A program made the translations under genes and the position numbers. A stretch of 64,000 nucleotides of DNA, from the NCBI GenBank assembly GCA_044440125.1, contig JBITAJ010000022.1, positions 352,001-416,000 on the forward strand. Reading direction: 5' to 3'. Below the pieces are notes generated by a model. It did not search any database, had not been told where the DNA came from, and was given only the letters and a program-made list of their open reading frames with translations. Of this stretch, positions 56,745-64,000 are shown one piece after another (position 1 is the stretch's first letter; every line of letters starts with the position of its first letter). The DNA comes from Sedimentisphaeraceae bacterium JB056. Lineage in GTDB: Bacteria; Planctomycetota; Phycisphaerae; Sedimentisphaerales; Sedimentisphaeraceae.

Positions 56745-58058
56745 TTACATCTTGTCTTTATATCTGACTTCGCCGCCAACGACAGTATATTTCACTCTGC
56801 CTTCAAGCTCCCAGCCGTTATATGGGCAATTTTTAGACTTCGAGACGAACTTATCAACATCGACAGTCCATTTTTCGCTTGGATCAAATACCGTAACATC
56901 ACCCCAATTACCAATGCTCAACGCCCCCTTCTCTCCATCGATACCGATTATCTTAGCAGGGTTGCATGTCATCATTGCCAGAAGCTTAGTCCAATCTATC
57001 GTGCCGTCTTTAACAAGTGCCTTTATATAAAGAGACAAGGCACATTCAAGACCAACGATACCAAACGGAGCGTACAAAAACTCAAGTTCCTTCTCACTCT
57101 CAAGATGAGGCGCATGATCCGTAGCCAGAACGTCGACAAAACCTTCTTTTATTGCCTGTTTTATGGCAGCAATATCCGCCTCAGTTCTAAGCGGCGGATT
57201 CATTTTATAGTTAGTATCGTATTCAGCTATTGAGTCATCTGTCAAAAGAAGATGGTGCGGAGCTACCTCGCAAGTTACAGACAGCCCATCTTTCTTGGCT
57301 TTTCGTATTATTTCAATAGAGCCCTTCGTTGACAAATGCTGCGCGTGGTATCTCGCTTTTGTGCTTTTAACAAGCTGAACATCTCGCCAAAGCATAAGTT
57401 CCTCAGCAAGCGGGCTTATGCCAGGTAAACCGAGTATAGTAGAATTGTACCCGGAGTTCATCACACCACTTCCTGCAAGGGAATTGTCCTGACAATGCTG
57501 ACTGACTACAAGGTCGAACATACTCGCATACTTCAGACATTTTGACATTACGCTGGCGTCCTGTATACCTGAGCCATCATCAGTAAAGCCAACAGCTCCG
57601 GCTTTGGCCATCAGACCCATTTCTGCCATCTCAACACCTTGACGATCTTTTGTAAGGGCCCCCATCACATAAACATGAGTCTTTCGCGTTTGTCTGCCCA
57701 TACGATGAACAAACTCAATGCTTGTCTCATCCTGTATCGTAGGATCAGTATTCGGCATGCACACAACTGAAGTAAAACCGCCTGCAACCGCTGCTGCCGA
57801 GCCGCTTGCTATTGTCTCCTCTTCCTCGTCACCGGGCTCACGGAAGTGTACATGTATATCGATAAGACCCGGGGCTACAATCATGCCGTCAGCATCAATT
57901 ACATTATCATTGACTGACCGAACTTCATCATCAGAAACCTTTCCGACCTTTACGATCTTACCAGATTTTATCAAAACATCAGCAATCTCGTCAATATTAT
58001 TAAGCGGGTCAATAACCCGGCCATTTTTTATAACTAACTCATTCGTATTTTTTTTCAT
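56745..58058 (-). CDS. pyrC: Dihydroorotase
   Basis: DIHVHFREPG, MPNT, KMNPPLR and TDHAPH. Follows pyrB. Confidence 0.95.
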   Translation of the reverse strand: MKKNTNELVIKNGRVIDPLNNIDEIADVLIKSGKIVKVGKVSDDEVRSVNDNVIDADGMIVAPGLIDIHVHFREPGDEEEETIASGSAAAVAGGFTSVVCMPNTDPTIQDETSIEFVHRMGRQTRKTHVYVMGALTKDRQGVEMAEMGLMAKAGAVGFTDDGSGIQDASVMSKCLKYASMFDLVVSQHCQDNSLAGSGVMNSGYNSTILGLPGISPLAEELMLWRDVQLVKSTKARYHAQHLSTKGSIEIIRKAKKDGLSVTCEVAPHHLLLTDDSIAEYDTNYKMNPPLRTEADIAAIKQAIKEGFVDVLATDHAPHLESEKELEFLYAPFGIVGLECALSLYIKALVKDGTIDWTKLLAMMTCNPAKIIGIDGEKGALSIGNWGDVTVFDPSEKWTVDVDKFVSKSKNCPYNGWELEGRVKYTVVGGEVRYKDKM

Positions 58059-58114
58059 TTATCTCAATCCTGAATTTCACCAATTCCTACAAAGATAGTA
58101 TCCTGAACATCAAA

Positions 58115-59065
58115 CTATTCTTGATCAGCGACAGTACTGACAAGAAACAAAACAGCCATTCTTACAGATATACCATTGGTTACCTGCTGAAGTATAAGAC
58201 TGTTAGGGCCATCAGCAACGCTGCTTTCAATCTCGAGACCTCGGTTCATAGGACCGGGATGTATCACCATTATATCTTTTTTAGCTCGCTTCATTCTCTC
58301 ATGAGTCAATCCAAAAAAGCGGCTGTACTCACGCTTTGAAGGAAAAGGATTACTCGCAAGTCTCTCAAACTGAATACGAAGCATATTGATAACATCAAGC
58401 TCCTCAATAACTTCATCAAGATCGTAACTAACCTTAACCGGTAACTTATCAACCTGAGCCGGCATAAGCGTTGGCGGGCCTATAAGCGTAACTTCGGCGC
58501 CAAGCTTCGTCATTGCATAAATATTGCTTCTCGCAACACGGGAATTGGCGATATCGCCTACAATACCTATCTTCAACCCATCAAGACTGCCTCTATTCTT
58601 ACGTATTGTATAAACATCAAGCAACGCTTGAGTAGGATGCTCATTATATCCATCACCGGCATTTACTATTGAAGCGTTAATACTTCTGCTCAAAAGCTTT
58701 GCGGTTCCTCCGGCAGCATGGCGTACAACAACAATATCAATACCCATTGCTTCAAGATTTCGTGCAGTATCAAGAAGTGTCTCACCTTTACTGATAGCAC
58801 TTGCTTTTTTTGTAAACTCTATCACATCAGCACTTAAACGACCGGCAGCAAGAGCAAAACTGTTACGTGTACGAGTGCTGTCCTCAAAGAACATATTAAC
58901 CACTACCTTGCCTCTCAGTGCAGGGACTTTCTTTATCCGCCGCCTGTTCACCTCACTGAAAGAATCAGCTGTATCAAGAATATATTCTATTTCCTGCCTT
59001 GAAAAATCCCGCAAACCAAGCAGGTGCTTACGTGTCCATTTGAATTTGTCAGCCACAGTTTTCAA
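58115..59065 (-). CDS. pyrB: Aspartate carbamoyltransferase catalytic subunit
   Basis: FFEDSTRT, HPTQALLD, RIQFER and HPGP motifs. Confidence 0.97.
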   Translation of the reverse strand: MKTVADKFKWTRKHLLGLRDFSRQEIEYILDTADSFSEVNRRRIKKVPALRGKVVVNMFFEDSTRTRNSFALAAGRLSADVIEFTKKASAISKGETLLDTARNLEAMGIDIVVVRHAAGGTAKLLSRSINASIVNAGDGYNEHPTQALLDVYTIRKNRGSLDGLKIGIVGDIANSRVARSNIYAMTKLGAEVTLIGPPTLMPAQVDKLPVKVSYDLDEVIEELDVINMLRIQFERLASNPFPSKREYSRFFGLTHERMKRAKKDIMVIHPGPMNRGLEIESSVADGPNSLILQQVTNGISVRMAVLFLVSTVADQE

Positions 59066-59082
59066 CTCCGTTTATATCAATT

Positions 59083-59619
59083 TCATTCATTATTGAAGGC
59101 ATCTTCTATCTGAACCTCATCAATCCCATCAGCCTCTTCCATAAGAACATTAACCATTTGACTACGCTTTACATCAAGGTGCTTGCCAACATAATCTGCC
59201 TTTATAGGAAATTCTCGATGATCTCTTTCTATGAGAGCAGCAAGCCTAATTGCTGCCGGCCTGCCAAATTCGATTACAGAATCCATCGCGGCACGACATG
59301 ACCTGCCGGTATGCAGAACATCATCAACCAATATAATTGTCTTGCCATCCACATCGAAGGGTATATCGGTCGGAGCTATTTTCAGAACTTTCTCCGGATC
59401 ATGTATGTCATCTCGGTAAAGAGTTATGTCCGTGGACCCGCATTCAATATTCTTTCTTAATTTTTCACCGACAAGCTTAGCAAGTCTCTGGCCAACAAAT
59501 ATCCCTTTACTTCGTATTCCAACAACTGCTATATCGGCATCAACTGAGGTATTTATCACAATATCGTTTGCCATGATTTCAATTGCTTCAGCAATCTGTT
59601 CTTTATCGAGTACGAGCAT
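59083..59619 (-). CDS. pyrR: PyrR-family protein (pyr attenuation regulator / uracil phosphoribosyltransferase fold)
   Basis: DITLYRDD, LVDDVLHTGRS and HREFPIKADYVG. Upstream of pyrBC. Confidence 0.9.
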   Translation of the reverse strand: MLVLDKEQIAEAIEIMANDIVINTSVDADIAVVGIRSKGIFVGQRLAKLVGEKLRKNIECGSTDITLYRDDIHDPEKVLKIAPTDIPFDVDGKTIILVDDVLHTGRSCRAAMDSVIEFGRPAAIRLAALIERDHREFPIKADYVGKHLDVKRSQMVNVLMEEADGIDEVQIEDAFNNE

Positions 59620-59662
59620 AAAACCTCTCATATTTATGACTTATAACCATCGGTCATAACTG

Positions 59663-60391
59663 TCATTTTTTCTTTTTCTTTTTTTCAATTATCTCGCCTG
59701 TATCAGAATCTATCACCCCAATGTCAACAAGAGCATTGTAAGCAGCCTTCTGATCAGCCTGTTTCTTATTAACTCCCCAGCCTCTTCCAAGACTCCTAAG
59801 TCCAAGAAGAACCTCAGACTCAAAACATTTGTTATGATCTGGCCCCTGCTCATCAACTATTTCATAATGAGGAGCGTTACCATATTTCTTTTGAGTATAA
59901 TGTTGTAAAAGTGACTTGTAGTTGCCTTTATGCTGACTCTGAGCCGTCTCTTCAATGATATCACTAAAATTGTCGAGAATAAATTTCTTAACCTTTTTAT
60001 AGCCACTGTCAAGGTATATTGCAGCTATGATTGCTTCAAGAACACCCGCAGCGACAGAGTTACTAATAGAATCAAGCTTCTCTGAGCCTTTACCAAGTAT
60101 AGTAAATTTTGCAAGTTCAAGCGGTTCGGCAACAGTTGAGCAACTCTTGCGAGAAACAACCGAACTTTTCAATTGAGTTAGGCTACCCTCATCCATATCC
60201 TCATAAGTGTCATATATCCACTCACAGATAACCATGTCAAGTATGGCATCACCGAAGAATTCAAGTCTTTCATTACTGTCAAAACGGTTAACGACACTTG
60301 AACAGTGAGTCATTGCCTGCTCAAGCAGCTTTATATTTTTAAATTTGTATCCAAGTTTTTTTTGAAGTTTTTCTAGATCATCATTGTCCAT
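59663..60391 (-). CDS. rnc: Ribonuclease III
   Basis: NERLEFFGDA signature and a C-terminal dsRBD (NYKSLLQ, GPDH, KKQADQ). Confidence 0.96.
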   Translation of the reverse strand: MDNDDLEKLQKKLGYKFKNIKLLEQAMTHCSSVVNRFDSNERLEFFGDAILDMVICEWIYDTYEDMDEGSLTQLKSSVVSRKSCSTVAEPLELAKFTILGKGSEKLDSISNSVAAGVLEAIIAAIYLDSGYKKVKKFILDNFSDIIEETAQSQHKGNYKSLLQHYTQKKYGNAPHYEIVDEQGPDHNKCFESEVLLGLRSLGRGWGVNKKQADQKAAYNALVDIGVIDSDTGEIIEKKKKKK

Positions 60392-60658
60392 AATTGCGTT
60401 CCGGCAAAGTTTGCTAAATTCATAACCCGCAACCGCCTAACAGATTAACAGAGAATGCTGTAAAAAGCAACCAAAATGCCGTCAAAAAAACATCTAACAA
60501 TGTTGAAAAACAAACTTGTATATATAATAATATAGAAGCAATTAAGGCTTGGGACTACTGTAAAAGCCATAAAGTTGCAAACCAGCTATTGCTATTTAAT
60601 TAAAATACCAGAATTTATGAATATTATAGAATGTAACCGATATTGCCAGCCGTAAATA

Positions 60659-62023
60659 TCATTCCCCTAAAAAAGCACCTTGCTGACGCAAGACTGCCTT
60701 AAGGCCTTTCAAGGGGACATCATACACCGGCATCCCCCTTCGGGAAGCAATGGCTGCCGCAGCACCGCCGGCATGACCAACTGCTCCCATCGTTGGACTA
60801 GTACGGATTGCTGCCTGAGCTTCGAACGTAGACGAGATACACCTTCCAACAGTTATTAGATTTGAAATCTGCGGATTAACAAGAGTCCTGTAAGGAATTC
60901 CATAATAATCACCTCCCCTGAAAGTACTGATATTCATTTCACTATCTAATCGGTCAACTGGATGAAAGTTTATAGGATATCCGCTGAACGCTATTGAATC
61001 TTCATGTTTTCTGAAAGAAAGTATGTCTTTCGCATTCAATATATAAAGCCCTTTTATCTGCCGACTGCTCCTGACACCTATAGTCGGACCGGAAAAAGCG
61101 AGAGTGGAATTCTCAAATCCCGGAACCCATTTCCTTAAAAATCGGTCTATATTTCTAACCTGCTGACGCCCACAAACCTCAATTTCACTGAGATCTGTTG
61201 GGACAACAGGGTTATAACCGTATATTCGAGAAGTATTTACTATTACTTCTCCCTTGTTATTAGCCTCAAATATCAAAACAACTTCACTATCTATATCAAA
61301 ATCACCCTTATCTTTCGCCATCTTTACAATACTACGAAAACCTCCAATAGAAAGCCTGCTTCCTTTATCTATATTCTGAGCATTGTCTCTTAGAAATGGG
61401 AAATCACCTGGATTGCGTCTTATGTAAGATTTTATAGCATCAATGTCAACATTTACCATACGCATATTCATTGTTACAGGCTGACATCTGCCGTCTCCCT
61501 TTCTCCCCATAGAACAATTAACCCCTGCCCAGGCAGCAAGGTCAGCATCGCCACTGGCATCAATGAAAACACCTGCTTTTAGCTTGCTGACACCTCCCTT
61601 ATTACACACTTCTATGCTCTCAATTGCATTATCTTCAACATTAACTCCTGCAAGCATTGTATGAAATAATACTGCAACACCTGATTCTGTGAACATCTCA
61701 TCCAGCTGATACTTCATAGCTTCCGTATCGAAAGGAGTTACCGTATAAGTATATTCGTTGGTATCGTAGATATGCCCCGGTGATTTACCTTCTTCAACGA
61801 GCTTATCCACCAGCTCGCTTGTAAGTCCCTTTATGATCTGCATATCACCTGCATAAAAACTCATCATAGGCCCTACGCCTGCCGCAGTCAACATGCCGCC
61901 AAGAAAACCATGTTGCTCTATAACAAGAACACTGACGCCTTCTTTGGCAGCAGCAACTGCTGCCATTGCACCTGAAATACCCCCACCAACAACTATAACA
62001 TCATATTTTTCCCTGATATACAT
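60659..62023 (-). CDS. FAD-dependent oxidoreductase (FAD_oxidored-like family)
   Basis: DVIVVGGGISG, LGGMLT, FIDASGDADLA, IPYRTL and GRCIS motifs. Confidence 0.85.
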   Translation of the reverse strand: MYIREKYDVIVVGGGISGAMAAVAAAKEGVSVLVIEQHGFLGGMLTAAGVGPMMSFYAGDMQIIKGLTSELVDKLVEEGKSPGHIYDTNEYTYTVTPFDTEAMKYQLDEMFTESGVAVLFHTMLAGVNVEDNAIESIEVCNKGGVSKLKAGVFIDASGDADLAAWAGVNCSMGRKGDGRCQPVTMNMRMVNVDIDAIKSYIRRNPGDFPFLRDNAQNIDKGSRLSIGGFRSIVKMAKDKGDFDIDSEVVLIFEANNKGEVIVNTSRIYGYNPVVPTDLSEIEVCGRQQVRNIDRFLRKWVPGFENSTLAFSGPTIGVRSSRQIKGLYILNAKDILSFRKHEDSIAFSGYPINFHPVDRLDSEMNISTFRGGDYYGIPYRTLVNPQISNLITVGRCISSTFEAQAAIRTSPTMGAVGHAGGAAAAIASRRGMPVYDVPLKGLKAVLRQQGAFLGE

Positions 62024-62430
62024 GCCATTACCCCCCGAAAACATACACCAAAATACCGGAGACAAGCTCCCTAAAATTCAATCATAACAAATCCTTTCAA
62101 TGAAAACAATAAAATAATAAAGTAAGAAATAGGCCGATATCAAGTCCAACTGTCAATTGCATAGCTTGTAAAAATTCCAACACTTATCAAACATACCCTC
62201 ATTAAAAAGTTTTTTTTAATTTTTAGTTTTAAATTTGCCTTAAATACGTATATATTAAGTGATTATTATTTAAAGTAGCGGCAGTAGCATAATCGGTCTT
62301 TAGCTGATTAGGTGAATTTCAAAAGTTATGAACATGAAATAAAGTCCATAAAACTTTTTACAGCAACCATATGCACCGAAATCACCTTCTGCCATTAACG
62401 TTATTATTATTTTAGAAAACATAGAGAATC

Positions 62431-62841
62431 ATGCTGAAAGAACTTTTTGAAAAACAGGCAGAATTGAACAAACGTACCGGTTTTGATGCTAAAGCACTAC
62501 GCGAGAACTTCGACCCTAAATACGGCGGCGAATGGCTCAACAACTATATCATGGCAATGGGCAATGAGCTGGAAGAACTCAGAGACTGTACATTCTGGAA
62601 ACACTGGTGCAAAGAAGCCAAAGAAGGACGCAGATTCGAGATAAACGACCTCCAAAACGCAAGAGTTGAAGTAATCGATATGCTGTTTTTCTGGATCAGC
62701 CTCGCTCAATGCCTCGGCCTCAACGAAGAAGATGTAATCAATCTCTATAACCAGAAGCTTGGCGTAAACCATAAACGACAGGATGATGATTATTCCATGG
62801 CAGAAAAGACGGAAGACGACAACAAGGAAATCACTATCTAA
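62431..62841 (+). CDS. Dimeric (all-alpha) dUTPase-like NTP pyrophosphatase
   Basis: ELEEL...WKHW, EVIDMLFF and KLGVNHKRQ motifs. Confidence 0.8.
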   Translation: MLKELFEKQAELNKRTGFDAKALRENFDPKYGGEWLNNYIMAMGNELEELRDCTFWKHWCKEAKEGRRFEINDLQNARVEVIDMLFFWISLAQCLGLNEEDVINLYNQKLGVNHKRQDDDYSMAEKTEDDNKEITI

Positions 62842-62892
62842 AAAAGCCACTAAAAGAACGATAATCTTTATCATTTTCAATTGGTGTTTTTA

Positions 62893-63969
62893 ATGAATGA
62901 AAGTAATGAACTCAAAATAGCTTTTTGCGGTCTCAACAGCAAAGGAATCGAAATAATAAAAGTCGTTTCAAAGCTGTCAAACTGTAAGATTTCGGCTCTT
63001 TTCGGAAATGATCCGGAACTGACTGAGAGATTGGCCCAGCAATATCAATGTCTGCCTTTCAATGATCTCAGACAGCTTGTGCTTAAGGCCAAACCGGAAT
63101 TGCTTATACTTTCCTCAAATCATCAAATACCTAAAGACATTATAAATATAGCAATAGAAAACGGTACTCATTTACTTAAAGTACCGCCGGCAGCATTGGA
63201 TTTCACTACATGTACTGAACTTATAACTTCAGCAGCTAAACACGGCGTAAGCTTTGTAACTGCAAATATATGTAGATTTGCTCCGGGATTTGCAGCTTTG
63301 CAAAAACACCTTGCTCAGACACCCGAAGACCTGGAAAACACATACTTAATAGAGGCCGTTGGCAAGTTCTCAACTGATACCTCAGAACCTGAGAACAGGT
63401 GGCTTTGCGACCCTGAACTTGCCGGTGGCGGAGTACTGCTTAGAGAGTGTTACAATCTTATACAGGAAATAATAATAAACTTCTCTCTTCCCGAGTATGT
63501 TTATACACTTAAGACAAATCTTGCCCCTGACAAAACGCAAAGATTGTCGTTGACGGAAGACTGCGCGACAGTATCAATGCGTTTTTCTGAAAAACTCATG
63601 GGTAATCTCATAGCTAATAGAACTTGTCATAAAAATGAGCAGCTAATACGTCTATATTGCCCGGATAAGTATATTAGCGTACGACCTGCTTCATTGAAGA
63701 TAACCGATCTTGATGGCAACTTAATATCTGAGACGACTGGGGACAACTCACTTGATCTCATATACGAAAAGATAGTTACAGACATAACAAATCAGATTAA
63801 AGATAAAAATTACAATGGAATACTCGCCAATGAGCAGCAAACAATGATGACAATGGCTTTTATTGAATCATGCTACCTATCATCAAGAACTGCGATGCCT
63901 GAGACACCAGATAAGATGCTTCAGATAAACAAGGCAGAAAACCCCGCTGTAATATGGAAGAATAATTAA
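62893..63969 (+). CDS. Divergent Gfo/Idh/MocA-fold protein
   Basis: Overall family pattern is recognisable (RFAPGF, W..DPELAGGGVLL, ED.ATV), but the key motifs are degenerate. Confidence 0.65.
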   Translation: MNESNELKIAFCGLNSKGIEIIKVVSKLSNCKISALFGNDPELTERLAQQYQCLPFNDLRQLVLKAKPELLILSSNHQIPKDIINIAIENGTHLLKVPPAALDFTTCTELITSAAKHGVSFVTANICRFAPGFAALQKHLAQTPEDLENTYLIEAVGKFSTDTSEPENRWLCDPELAGGGVLLRECYNLIQEIIINFSLPEYVYTLKTNLAPDKTQRLSLTEDCATVSMRFSEKLMGNLIANRTCHKNEQLIRLYCPDKYISVRPASLKITDLDGNLISETTGDNSLDLIYEKIVTDITNQIKDKNYNGILANEQQTMMTMAFIESCYLSSRTAMPETPDKMLQINKAENPAVIWKNN

Positions 63970-64000
63970 GGAACGAACCCATTGAGTGATTATCAGGTAA

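Noticed and set aside
1..64000. CRISPR arrays, transposases, integrases, prophage genes, rRNA, known riboswitches and defence systems
   Set aside because: None recognised by eye. The NYN and dUTPase genes sit in a housekeeping context, not a defence island.

Overview
An AT-rich bacterial chromosomal window. Type IV prepilin-like proteins with an H-X9-DG motif, dockerin-like C-termini ending in WL, ThuA-HEAT and DUF1080 proteins, and group-2-type Etfs suggest an anaerobic planctomycete of class Phycisphaerae (inference only). Bases 1-29.3k form a glycan-utilisation region: two GH78-like enzymes, a GH129-like enzyme, an SSS symporter, two prepilin-like paralogues, a secreted FG-GAP/dockerin protein, LacI, a secreted deacetylase-nitrilase fusion, ThuA/Gfo/epimerase/NCS1 genes, a fused EtfBA plus a fused FixCX-like gene, AraC and an amidohydrolase. 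Bases 29.9-42.2k hold one minus-strand gene run: two Tat-exported Gfo/Idh/MocA dehydrogenases, ThuA-HEAT, DUF1080, a heptaheme cytochrome c, a cytochrome b-like protein, a discoidin-like lipoprotein, a TIGR03663-like GT-C protein and ApbE. Bases 42.5-49.6k encode EtfBA, a GlcD/LctD-like oxidoreductase, two Zn-dependent dehydrogenases, a class II aldolase and a polyprenyl synthase. Bases 50.1-55.2k are a NikR-linked operon (cupin, secreted dockerin protein, prepilin-like protein, metal ABC transporter). The rest is tRNA-Arg(TCT) and housekeeping genes (gmhA, pyrC, pyrB, pyrR, rnc, dimeric dUTPase). Main observations: (1) a regulator / secreted dockerin protein / pseudopilin / inner-membrane transporter layout recurs in both a sugar locus and a nickel locus, with no TonB-dependent receptor; (2) a candidate periplasmic sugar-oxidation-to-multiheme-cytochrome module; (3) a TGGARCGYTCCA palindrome occurs six times in promoter regions and links these loci; (4) a FixABCX-like system is condensed into two genes. 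All product calls come from motif recognition by eye; no database search was run.
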